A stretch of DNA of 64,000 nt from an uncultured Planctomycetota bacterium (lineage in GTDB: Bacteria; Planctomycetota; PLA2; JAEUHO01). Position 1 is the stretch's first letter; each line of letters begins with the position of its first letter. The notes below the pieces were generated by a model. The model had not been told where the DNA came from, made no database searches, and worked only from the letters and a program-made list of their open reading frames with translations. Below are positions 38,367 to 48,099 of the stretch, in pieces. The DNA is taken from positions 407,446-471,445 of the forward strand of contig CAWDIE010000004.1 in the NCBI GenBank assembly GCA_963802335.1, read 5' to 3'. The translations under genes were made by a program, and so were the position numbers.

Positions 38367-38454
38367 CGGCCGGTCCAAGGGAGAGAGCCTGATCGAAGCC
38401 CATTTCCAGTCTTCAGGCGGACACAATTACGTCGAGGGAGACACGGCGACGGTC
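38367..38454 (+). repeat. block B (~85 nt), copy 1; second copy 46022-46099
   Basis: cggccggtccaagggagagagcctgatcgaagcccatttccagtcttcaggcggacacaattacgtcgagggagacac is nearly identical at 46022. Confidence 0.7.
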
Positions 38455-38516
38455 TCGGCGCATCGTGCGTAACGCGGCAACGACGCGCAGCTTGGGGCGA
38501 GGTGCTGCAAGGAGAA

Positions 38517-38942
38517 TGGAGTGCCCGATCGGAGTCGAACCGACGCGAGGTCCCCTACGCTGCGCTCCGGGGACTCACGTCGGAACCGACCTGTGCTTTC
38601 CAAGGGGGTCTTCTCAAGACCCCCTTGCGGTCTCGCCTGCGCTGCGCTGCGGCGAGGCCTATCCCCCAATGAATGTCGTCGTGGCCTTGCCGGCGGGACG
38701 CGGCCCGAGGATGGGGACGCGCGGTGGAGTGGAGTGCCCGATCGGATTCGAACCGACGCGAGTTCCCCTTCGCTACGCTGCGGGGACTCACGTCGGAACC
38801 GACCTGTGCTTTCCAAGGGGGTCTTCTCAAGACCCCCTTGCGGTCTCGCCTGCGCTGCGCTGCGGCGAGACCTATCCCCCAATGAATGTCGTCGGAGCCT
38901 TGCTGACGATTGGCAGCCCGAGGATGGGGACGCGCGGTGGAG
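38517..38942 (-). repeat. two tandem ~213-nt units, each ending (minus strand) in a tRNA-like T-arm/acceptor/CCA
   Basis: The units are 38517-38729 and 38730-38942. Each contains the perfect hairpin GGGGGTCTT-GAG-AAGACCCCC and two stem-loops with 13-nt GCAGCG-rich loops. Confidence 0.75.
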
Positions 38943-39033
38943 TGGAGTGCCCGATCGGATTCGAACCGACGACATTCAGCTTGGGAAGCTGTGGGGTGGA
39001 CTCGGTTCCCCGGAGGTTCTCCGTGGGTTCCCC
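38943..39033 (-). other. att-like junction: 49-nt copy of tRNA-Gly positions 28-76 plus three GGTTCCCC arm repeats
   Basis: Positions 38943-38991 are identical to 52405-52453. The direct repeats start at 39004, 39015 and 39026. Confidence 0.7.
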
Positions 39034-39281
39034 GATTTCGGGATCCTGGGATTCGGGCTGATCGCGCGCTGGGATCGGAAGTTGCTGGTACTTCGTGGGT
39101 TGTGTCGACTCCCCTCTCGCGCTCATGAGCGCCCCCTGAGTAGCGGGGAACCTGGCCGCCTGTTCCGCCCCTGCCCCCGGATGGTGTCAGCCCGACGCGT
39201 CGAGAACTCGACGGCTGCCGCCCCATGTCGCGGCCCCCCGACCGCCATCTGCCCGCACACGCGCCGCGTACAATCGTGTTC

Positions 39282-39521
39282 ATGAGTCCGACGGTCTTCC
39301 GAGACGGCCCCTACCGTTTCTTCTTCTTCTCGCGAGAGGAGACGCGGCTCCACGTACATGTGGAGTCGTCAGACGGTGAAGCCAAGTTCTGGTTGGACCC
39401 GAGTATTGAAGCGGCTCGATCGCACGGCCTGAAGGAGAAGGATCTGCGTCACATTCGCGATCTTGTCGTGGAACATGAACAGGAGATCAGAGATGCCTGG
39501 ACCCGTCACTTCGGACGTTGA
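39282..39521 (+). CDS. DUF4160 domain protein
   Basis: FRDGPYRFFFFSREETRLHVHVESSDGEAKFWLDP is the hallmark of this family. Confidence 0.75.
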   Translation: MSPTVFRDGPYRFFFFSREETRLHVHVESSDGEAKFWLDPSIEAARSHGLKEKDLRHIRDLVVEHEQEIRDAWTRHFGR

Positions 39522-39870
39522 GGTCACCAACATCTCGCGGCACGGCATCTGGCTGCTTCTTGACGACCGTGAACTATTCCTTCCGTTTGAACAGTTCCCT
39601 TGGTTCGAGCAGGCGACCGTGGGAGCGATTCACAAGGTCGAGAGGCCTCAACCCGACCATCTCTACTGGCCGCAGCTGGATGTCGACCTCTCCGTGGACA
39701 CCATCGAGCACCCGGAGAAGTACCCCTTGAAGTCGAGGGGCGGGCAAGCCGTAGAGGGGGGTCGGACCTCAGTGCAAAGGCCCACGATCTTTGACACAGG
39801 CTGTCGCGGCCCCGGAGCTTTGACCCGGTGTTTAGGCCCACGACAATTGACACGCGGCCCAGACGCCTGA
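39493..39870 (+). CDS. DUF2442 domain protein (extended C-terminal tail, stop possibly displaced)
   Basis: It overlaps the DUF4160 gene. VTNISRHGIWLLLDDRELFLPFEQFPWF is typical of the family. The tail after ..YPLKSR looks non-coding. Confidence 0.6.
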   Translation: MPGPVTSDVEVTNISRHGIWLLLDDRELFLPFEQFPWFEQATVGAIHKVERPQPDHLYWPQLDVDLSVDTIEHPEKYPLKSRGGQAVEGGRTSVQRPTIFDTGCRGPGALTRCLGPRQLTRGPDA

Positions 39871-40102
39871 TTGCTGCGGGTGTTACTGGCACAACGTAGT
39901 GCCAGCGCGACGCAGCCGTGTGCCCCTCATCCGGGCCTGGCGGAATCTGACGGAATCGAGTGGGAAGGCTCGCGGACCGGCCGCCGCAACCATCGAGAGC
40001 CTCAGAACTCCGTACTGCGCCGGCCGCAGAAAATAGCTCCCTCGAGCCGATGCCAAATCTCCTGGGCCTATACAAGAGCACCGCTACACCTGGCCGTGGC
40101 AC

Positions 40103-41495
40103 TTATCTGGTCGCACGGAAGACCGTGCCGGGCTCGCCCGCGTGTAAGACCCCTTCAGGAAAGTCCACGGCGGGAGCGAGGTCCTGACCGAAGTACAACC
40201 GCGTGTAGAAATCCAACCAAGTGATGGCTCGCACGCGATACTGGCCCGGCGGCATGGATGGCAGGTGGAGGCCCCGGGGGGGGCGCACCCACAAGGACGC
40301 GCGGTAGCCTGCCCGACTGATGGCGACGGATACCAAGCCGGAGAATCCCACGAGTTCGGCGCGAAGGTCCATTGAAGGGCTCAGCTCCAGCAGTACTGCC
40401 TGAGCACCTGGGCGCACCTCGGAGACCATGGCCGCTGAGGAGCCACTCCGCGCGATCAGCGTACACGCCGTCCCGTACGGCACCCGCAGCGCGAAGTTGC
40501 CTGCTAGCGTGGCAGTGGGCGAGCCAAGGAAGACCCCTGAGTCACGTGCCCACACCTCCACCTCCGACTCAGCGGCTGGGCCCTGCCCCACGACTCGGCC
40601 CTGAAGGAGAGTTAGTGGGCCACAGGCAATCTCCACGCCATCGGCTCCAGCCGCCACCGGCCCGTGCACGGCGAGGATCCTGTCCCCCGTTGACCGGACA
40701 ACCAGGTAGTAGTCTCCTGGCGCCAGCCCCCCGATCGCGAATGAACCGCCGCCGCCGAGTTCCGTCAGGGTCTCGTGCCGGCGTACAGCCAGCTTGGCTT
40801 CGGCCGATACCGCCTGTACGCGAGCACCCGCGGGGGCACCCCGGGAGGGGACGATCAACGTGCCCGCAATCCGCAGGCCCGGCTGGGCGTCCAACTTGAT
40901 GCCGGTGTCGCCTGTTCTGACGACGACCGGGCTGCCCAGGAGCCCCCGTTCACTAAGGCCAGCAATACCAACCCGCAGCTGTCGCCCTTTGGGAACGCCC
41001 TTCAGGCGAAACTCACCGGAAGCGTGGATTCGGTCCCCATCGATCGCTACGAGACCAGCCTCGAAGATGGACACCGGCTCCCACAGTGCGACGATTTGAG
41101 CGCTCTCGAATTCATCGACAGCGAAGCAATCACGAGGCCATGAATGCTCCGAGCCGGCGTGAGCGGTACTCGTATGTCCTCGGCTGGTCGCAGGCTCGGT
41201 AGGGTTCCCGCCAGTTCATTAGCTGCCTGTGATTCCGGTTCCGTCTGGAGTGATAAGACCTGCGGCGCAACGTGGCTGTCTGGGACAGTGACTTCCAGCC
41301 GAACCTCCTCGATCTCGTTGGGGATCCGGTCGAGCCAGAAGCTTCCGTCCGAGCCCAACGACGCAGCCCTCGATGACGAGCTGCCCGTCAGCTCTCCAGC
41401 TCGCAGTACGCAAGTCACCGAAGTAACAGCAACCCCCCGGCCTGTGACTGCATCCACGAAGCGCCCTGCGATTCGTGGCCTGGTCGCGGCAAGAA
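40103..41495 (-). pseudogene. CarboxypepD_reg-repeat protein, C-terminal part (gene split by IS21-like insertion; extra frame disruption near 41150)
   Basis: Repeat modules are IAGRFVDAVTGRGVAVTSV, IAGTLIVPSRGAPAGARVQAV and LQGRVVGQGPAAESEVEVWA. The gene continues in frame with 45484-45644 once the IS is removed. Confidence 0.6.
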
Positions 41496-41574
41496 CAAAA
41501 GGGACCCTTGCGGCACGTTGAAAAGGGACCCCCGACGAATCAGAGGAGGGGGAGTTCAGAGGGGGCGCAGCCCC

Positions 41575-42934
41575 ATGTGCGTTAACCAAGATCCATGCCA
41601 CCAGGAGTTCAGCGAGCGTCGAATGCTGCTCGGTGCGCCTTCGAGGCGGCTCGTTGAGGGTGACATTGCCGCGCTCTATCGCCACAACCAGGCGACTCAG
41701 GCGTGGGATCGGGCATAGCGCTTGGCGAAGTGCGGGGAGGAGCACCGCCGTCCAACGCCAACGATTGGGCGTGTCGCCATCCCCCTCAACTCGCTGGGAG
41801 TTCGAGGCGGTACCCCCAGGGGGAAAAACGGCCGGCGTTGCGGTGCAGCTTCCGAGCAGTAGGGCCACCACGAGCTTTGCCAGGATCCAGGAGCGTCCGG
41901 TCTCCGGGTTCGTGTGTGGAAGCCGCCCCAGGCGCAGGAGTTGCTTGTGGCGCTTAAAGGCGATCTCGATCTGCCAGCGGAACCGGTAGAGGTCGAGGAT
42001 CCCCTCGTCGGACAAGAGGCTCTCCGGAAGCGTAGTGAACACCATCACGAAGTGCGCCGCTTCCAGCGTACGCGGGTCCGTGTTCCGTCCCTTCCTGCTC
42101 GCCCTGCGTCGAATTCGCTGTTTCGTACGCTCCGCCACGGGGGCTGGGAGCCGAATCGCCACAACGCGCCCGGATACGGGTTGGGTTCCCTTTGGCGTCA
42201 CCCAGTGAACCGGCCACGACTTGACTTGGCCGACACGAAGCCGACGCGCCTTCTTGAGAACTTCGAAGTTCCTCTTCTTCGCGGTCTGCATGCGAGCGTG
42301 CCGCCAGCGAATGCGCACCAGAATGTGGGCCGGACGGGACGCCGCGAACTGCAGGTCCTTGAGGCGGCTGAAGTGTCGATCCCCGAGAATCACGTCACCT
42401 CGGCCGATGGGAGCGCGAGCTAAGGTCTCGCCCTTAGAGCCGTCCGTGAGCTCCAGCCAATCACACGAGAGGGTGCGCAGGTCCAGCATGTAGTGCAAAC
42501 GCCAGTCGGTGCCCTTGCTTCCCGGCTTGCAGAGGGTCGAGCCGTCGATCGCACGCAGGCGCAGGCCATCGGGGAGCCGCGGAGCTTCCCGAAACTCCCG
42601 GCAAAGCTCTGCGGCGATCCAGCCCAGCCACGCTGCCGAGGTGCGCAGGCGCTTGTAGAGGGCCACAGAGCTCATGGAGGCGATCCCGGCTGCTTCCGCC
42701 TGAGCGGCCGTAGACCGCAAGGAACCGTCGTTTACGGCGTGATAGAGGAGGAGCCGCAAGAGGTCAGCTGGCCCTTTGTGAACCTAGCGCGCTTAAAAGC
42801 CCCGCAATCCCAAGCGGCCTCCTCCCACCCGGAAGGCAGAAGCTTCATGATTAAATGCCACTCATCGCTGGTTTGCGCCATACACGCACGATACCGACGA
42901 AGGGCGTCGGGGCAACCCTTAGGTTAACGTATAT
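41575..42934 (-). mobile_element. IS4-superfamily (DDE_Tnp_1) element, 1360 bp
   Basis: The terminal inverted repeats are ATGTGCGTTAACC and GGTTAACGTATAT. A 13-bp direct repeat ggggcgcagcccc sits at 41562-41574 and 42935-42947. The transposase (YRFRWQIEIAFKRHK) has an N-terminus (ATG 42848, MKLLPSGWEEAAWDCGAFKRAR) that is out of frame with the body. Confidence 0.7.
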
Positions 42935-43848
42935 GGGGCGCAGCCCCCTTTGATGCCTTGGCCCGAAGGGCCGCAGGCCCGAGGGCGCCCCCCATGGGGG
43001 GCGAGGATCGGCGCGCAGTTTGCTGCGCGATCCGCTCGCGTCCTGGGCGTCGGCCAGGCGGTGCCGTGCGCTTGACGGCGCTCGACGCCTGCTCTTCTTC
43101 GCCGTCCTCGAGCCGGTAGCTCTCGCCCTCGGTCTTGAAGACGCTCGCGTGGTGCACGATGCGGTCGATCACGGCCGCGGCCGCCGTCGCGTCTCCGAAC
43201 ACCTCCGTCCAGCGGGAGAACGGCAGGTTCGTCGTCACGACGAGGCTGCGGCGCTCGTACACCTTCGTGATGAAGCCGAAGAGCAGGTCGGCCTCTCCTT
43301 GTCAAAGGGCACGTAGCCGAGCTCGTCGAGGACGACGAGGTCGAAGCGCGCCAGCTGGTCGAGCTTGCGCGACTCAGCCGCCCCTCGCGCTTGGCCTCCA
43401 CGCAGCATGTTGGTGAGCTCGGCCGCCGTGGTGAATCGCACGCGCTTCTCGTGCTGGCAGCAGGCGATGCCCAGCGCAATCGCCAAGTGCGTCTTGCCGG
43501 TGCCGACGGGGCCCATAAGCACGACGTTGTGCGCATCGTCCACGAAGTCGCACGTCGAAGAGCTCGAGCACCTCGTCGCGGTCGAGCTTCGGCTGCTGCT
43601 TGAAGTCGAAGCCGTCCAGCGTCTTGAGCAAGGGGAAGCTGCGCTTCGCTTCGTGCGGCGTTGTATGCGACGCTCCGCCGCTTGCTCACCTCCAGGCTCA
43701 TCAAGTCGGCCAGGTACTCGACGTGGCCTTGTCGGCGTCGGCGCGCCTCCTCGGCATGCGCTGCCAGTTGGCATTCACCGTGGACAGGAACAGCGTCTTC
43801 AGGTCCGTCGCGAGGATGCGGCGGCTCCTCGATCTTCGGTATCGCCAT
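42924..43848 (-). pseudogene. istB: IstB-like ATPase of IS21 element, multiple frame disruptions
   Basis: LKTLDGFDFKQQPKLDRD, NVVLMGPVGTGKTHLAIALG, FDLVVLDELGYVPF and YERRSLVVTTNLPFSRWTEVFGD are spread over three frames. Confidence 0.7.
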
Positions 43849-45338
43849 GCTCTCGTCTCCGCAGAGTCGTCGTATCCGCCAGCTCAGGCTCGTCGATCGT
43901 GATCGCCAGCAGAGCCTCGGCCGTTGGCACGGCGTGGCTGCTCGGCGTCGTCGAGCGCAGGCTCGCCGGCAGACGGAGGATCTGCTGGATGGTCTCCAAC
44001 CGACGCGAGCCGCGCTCGAGCGCCTCGTCTACGGCGGCTTCCACGAGCATCCTCGCCGTGCTCCTGGGCCAGCAGGAGAACGCGCACCCACTCGCTGGTC
44101 CGACTTGCGCGTGTCCTTGGCCGATGCGTCTCCGCAGCTCGCAGGAAGACCGCGGGGAGCACCCCGTCGCGAAGGGCCGTGGCCTCGCCACTGCTCGGTG
44201 CTTCCTCGCCAGCAGCGGCAGCACGTGCCGAGGGTCCAGCTGGTAGGGCCCCTGTCTTGAAGGTCCGCTCGTGGCTCGCCACGACCTCGCTCGTTGAGGC
44301 AGATGTCCAGGCGATCGAAGTAGGCCTTCACCCACGACCGGCCGGTAGGCGTACCGGATCGGTACCGAGTACGTCTCGCGCATCGACCACCACGTGGCCG
44401 AACTTGTTCGCCACGTAGCTCGTCTGGCGGCAGGTCTCGGGGCGGTGGCCGGAAGCGGACGCAGGTGCTCGCGCTCGGCCTGCCACGCCTGACGCACCGT
44501 GCGCCCATCGGGCACCGTGCGCAGATCCATGTCGTGCACGAGCTCCTGCGAGCATGAGGGCGTTGAGCTCCTCGAAGCTCGCCACGTACGGCATCGGCCG
44601 GAAGCACGTTGTTGCGCACGTACTTCACGCCCGTCTCCGCCGAGCCCTTCTCGTTCCCCTTGCCGGGCGCACAGAAGCTCGGCCGCAAACGGGTACTGGC
44701 CCTCGGAACGCGTCAAAGGCCTCGCGTCACCTCACGGTCGCGGCCGCGCAGCACCTTCTTCACCACCAGCGACGGTGTTGTCGAAAACGACGCGCTCGCG
44801 TGACCCCGCCGAAGAAGGCGAACGACTCCGCCAGGCCGTCGAGCAGGCACTCCAGGCGCTCCACCGGATAGGCCCGGGCGAAGTAGACGTTGCTGCACGG
44901 AAGCGTGGTCACGAAGAACTTCACCTTGCGCAGCTCGCCGGCGATGATCGCCCAGGACTCGCCGAAGTCGGCCTCCATGGTGTCGCCCGGGCCGATGGGT
45001 GCGGTGGACGAAGGCCTCCTTGGCGAAGAGCTCCGGCGCGAAGCCGGGCCACGTACTTGCGTAGCGGTCCGGGGCTTGACCTGCCCTGCCGTGGGCTCGA
45101 GGAGGCGCCCGATGCGCTTGGCCGTGATCTTCGGATCCTCACGGAGCAGGGCCTTGATCTCCTCGTAGTGCGGATCCAGCAGCGCGGGCGCGACCACCGG
45201 GAAGCCCGCTGCGGCGGCTGCTCGCACTCGAGGGCCCGACGGACGGTCTTGATGTCGAGCCCAAAGCGCCTGGCCAGCGCCTTCTTCGGACACCTCCTCC
45301 ACGAAATGCTGGTGGCGAAGCTCGGCCCACTGCGACAT
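43799..45338 (-). pseudogene. istA: IstA-like transposase of IS21 element, multiple frame disruptions
   Basis: MSQWAELRHQHFVEEVS is followed by KKALARRFGLDIKTVRRAL in another frame, consistent with one extra C in GTGTC(C)GAAG. The catalytic region is spread over ORFs 44760..45347, 44029..44688 and 43799..44716. Confidence 0.7.
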
Positions 45339-45483
45339 TCTGATCACCTCCGCGGTCCTCCTCCGGTGGCCTCGAAACGGCTGTTGAGAACCGCTTCGAT
45401 ACCTGCCGGGGGGGACCCGGATCTCCTCCGCCCGCTCAGCGCGCCAGGGGGTCCCTTTTCAGCGTGCCGCGGGGTCCCTTTTC

Positions 45484-45644
45484 AGAATGCCGTCCCATGG
45501 CCCTACCCACTTCGGTCGATCCGGCCTACGAGGTCCACAGAAGTGCATACGAGACACGCCCGCTGCCACGGCAACACCGATCAACGCTACCCCAACAACA
45601 AGCGCCAGCACCCGCAAGCCTTGCCTCTTGGCGTGGAGCATCAC
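45484..45644 (-). pseudogene. N-terminal 54 codons (signal anchor) of the CarboxypepD_reg gene split by IS21
   Basis: The sequence is MMLHAKRQGLRVLALVVGVALIGVAVAAG...PKWVGPWDGI. Joining it to 41495 across one copy of the 4-bp duplication gives in-frame ..WDGILAATRPRIAGRFVD. Confidence 0.6.
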
Positions 45645-45662
45645 GACCTCCCATGCGGAGCC

Positions 45663-45926
45663 CTATCCACCTCTATGATTGCCGCAAAAGCCTCTGGGGT
45701 GTGGACGATTCAGCGGCTTGAAGCGCTCGTCGACTCCGCCCGGATGCACTTCGAGTCCATCCACCTCTCGCGCTTGGATCCAGTCCCAAGACCGCATGGC
45801 AGTCGGAAGCTCATATCGTCCCTTCTTGCAGCACCCGAGACAAGTTCTGTGAAGGTCTGCGAGGTCGGCCCGCATGCCAGTGTAGCGAGCCTCAACATCC
45901 CTAAGAGCCGCCGTGACCTCGGGCAT
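45663..45926 (-). CDS. hypothetical protein
   Basis: The composition is not shadow-like (MPEVTAALRDVEARYTGMRADLADLHRTCLGCCKKGRYE..). The start is uncertain because the upstream part of ORF 45663..46058 runs into repeat block B. Confidence 0.25.
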   Translation of the reverse strand: MPEVTAALRDVEARYTGMRADLADLHRTCLGCCKKGRYELPTAMRSWDWIQAREVDGLEVHPGGVDERFKPLNRPHPRGFCGNHRGG

Positions 45927-46021
45927 TCCTGCTAACGCACCCACTATGCCAATCCGAGGATCGAGAGTGGACACAATCCCGTCCTTCTCTCTCGTCCATC
46001 GCTCGTCCCTTCTCCGGCCTC

Positions 46022-46238
46022 CGGCCGGTCCAAGGGAGAGAGCCTTATCGAAACCCATTTCCAGTCTTCAGGCGGACACAATTACGTCGAGGGAGACACC
46101 CAATGAATGTCGTCGGAGCCTTTCTGACGATTGCCAGCCCGAGGATGGGGACGGGCGGTGGAGTGGAGTGCCCGATCGGATTCGAACCGACGACGAGGTC
46201 CCCTACGCTGCGCTCCGGGGACTTACGTCGGAACCGAC
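46022..46238 (-). repeat. block B copy 2 + unit spacer + 5' part (plus-strand sense) of a unit truncated by an IS
   Basis: Block B is 46022-46099, and the tRNA-like 3' end string starts at 46164. The unit sequence stops at ..cgtcggaaccgac (46238) and resumes at 48100. Confidence 0.65.
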
Positions 46239-48099
46239 TGCTCGGCGACAACTACACCCGTGCATCCCGTTGCCTCATTCGGAAATGCTACCGTCTGCCT
46301 CATCGAGAATCGCACCAAGAGAGAAGTGCTTCTGGGGGGTGTACAGAGGGGGCGCAGCCCCCTTTGATGCCTTTGCCCGAAGGGCCGCAGGCCCGAGGGC
46401 GCCCCCCATGGGGGGGCACGTGTTGGCGCGCTTCTTGCTGCACGCCTCTCCGGCGTGAACTCACAGCCACGGGTAAGGAGATCCTAACCGCCGGATTCCG
46501 CAACTTCCCCGTACTCGAGACGCGTTTCCCCTGAGAACACCAGGCGGCGTGCGGCGGCCATTCGCCACTCCTTGACGCGTCGCTGGAGCGTTCGCAACTG
46601 GCCATCGCCGAACGCGTCCGGATGCTGCATTCGCAGTCGAGCGAAGAGTTCCTTGGCCGTTTGATCCGGTTCGCTCTCCAACCACACGAGCACCTTGGGC
46701 CAGACCTCTGCGAATGGATCCACACGCGTTCGCCAGTAGCGCTTGACCTTGGGCTTCGGTCGATGCGTCGGCCGAGCCTCACCCTCCTTCCAGATCGTAG
46801 ACAAGCTGGCCAGAAACTGGTCGAGGTCCCTGTCTCGCTGTGGTGGTGTGCGCACGGAATCTCCGCCAGCAAGGCCGGCGATGTGGCCCTGCATGGTTCG
46901 AATCTCGTCCAGCAGTCGCAACGGATCCAGCGATGCGAGAACCGCCCGCATCTTCTCCTTCGGCTCCTCGGCTACATGAGGGGATGCAAGCAGACGCGCG
47001 CAGGGAGTCTGCGGGGTGTCGTAGTGCTTGCGCACGCGCGCACCGACGCGCTCCTTCCTGAGAAGCTTGAAGGACGGCTGGAAGAAGTTCACGAAGAGCC
47101 GAGTACTGCTGTAGATCCGAGCCAGGGCCTCAGCTGCAGCGATACCCTCCAATCGTCCGTAGCCGACCATGCGCCGAACCACGCTGCCGTTCTTCTGCTC
47201 GACCCACGCCTGGTCGTTCTTCCGATAGGGACGAGAGCGCGTGAACTCGATGCCATGCTCCTTGCTGAAACCCAGTAGGGTTTCATTCACGAATTCGCCG
47301 CCGTTGTCTGTATCGATGCCACGCAGGGGGAACGGCATCGTGGTGCGCAGCCTCTCCAGCGCATCGACGACGAGAGCCGAGTCGCGGACCGCCAGCGCGG
47401 CGCACTCCGTCCAGCCCGAACAGATGTCCGTGAGGGTCAGCGTATGATTGTAGCGCCCGGAGATGATGCCGCCGCAGTGCGCGACGAGGTCCGCTTCCAT
47501 GAACCCCGGCAGTGGATCGCCCCAGTCGGCGAAGGTGCGCACGGGGACCTGACTCCTGACGGCCGAAGGCTTCCGGCGCGGCTTCTTGGAGGCAGCACGC
47601 GCCGGAGTGAGGAGCCGATCAATGGTCGACGCGCTGACGTGAAGGAGCTTCTCGCGAACCCCCTCGTCCAGGTCGAGGTGACCGTGACGCTCCAGGGAAC
47701 TGATGAGGATCGGCAGGAGGGGGCGAAGGCGCTTGCCGCAGATGCGATCCGATGCCTCCCAGAGCACGACCAGCGCTTGGCGAACGGACTCCCCGTACAG
47801 AGAGGGACGCGAGGTCCTTCGCGGTTTGCCGGCCTCGCCTTGCCCTGCAGCACGCGCACGGCGTGCTTCCTGTGATACCCCGTTACCCGGACGAACTCAT
47901 CCAGGATCTTCGTCTTGTCGCCCTTGCTCGAGTCCCGGTAGCGGGATGCCACCGCGCTTACGAGTTCCGACCGGGCCTCTCGACTGATGTTCGCCATCGT
48001 GCCTCCTCGTTCTGCTCCTTTCGGTAGCAAAACTCGTGAGGCAACAGCCCCCCTTCGGTAGCAGAAGAGGTGACGCAATGCGATGCACAAAGGTAATTG
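46239..48099 (-). mobile_element. rve-type (IS481/ISNCY-like) IS element inserted into a 213-nt unit
   Basis: Imperfect 20-nt inverted repeats are caactacacccgtgcatccc (46249) and gcgatgcacaaaggtaattg (48080-48099, 16/21 match when reverse-complemented). About 14 nt of unit sequence is present on both sides. Confidence 0.6.
46484..47997 (-). pseudogene. DDE integrase-type (rve) transposase with one frame disruption near 47790
   Basis: ATG 47997 follows GGAGG, and the HTH part is MANISREARSELVSAVASRYRD..GYHRKHAVRVLQGKA. The catalytic part (DTDNGGEF, RPYRKNDQAWVEQKNG) is in another frame. One extra A in GGCAAA(A)CCG restores continuity. Confidence 0.7.

Larger units (their letters stand above)
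41496..45483 (-). mobile_element. IS21-like element (istA/istB decayed) carrying a nested IS4-like insertion
   Basis: Both ends carry double terminal repeats (T/C)GAAAAGGGACCC (41496-41533 and, inverted, 45447-45483). A 4-bp direct repeat AGAA sits at 41492-41495 and 45484-45487. Confidence 0.7.

Noticed and set aside
38517-38942. Possible CRISPR array
   Set aside because: The units are ~213 nt, directly abutting, with no unique spacers. There are only 1-2 copies per locus, and no cas genes are present.
38427-39285. ORFs 38427..38975(-), 38465..39061(+), 38521..39285(+), 38555..39283(-) and analogous ORFs at 48097-48791 and 51993-52615
   Set aside because: They read through the tandem 213-nt units and tRNA fragments. 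The internally repeated peptides merely mirror the DNA repeats, and all six frames are open.
43799-47997. Programmed ribosomal frameshifting in the IS transposases
   Set aside because: IS21, IS4 and rve/IS481-type elements are not known to use it. There are multiple disruptions per gene, and they coincide with single-base run-length changes rather than slippery heptamers.
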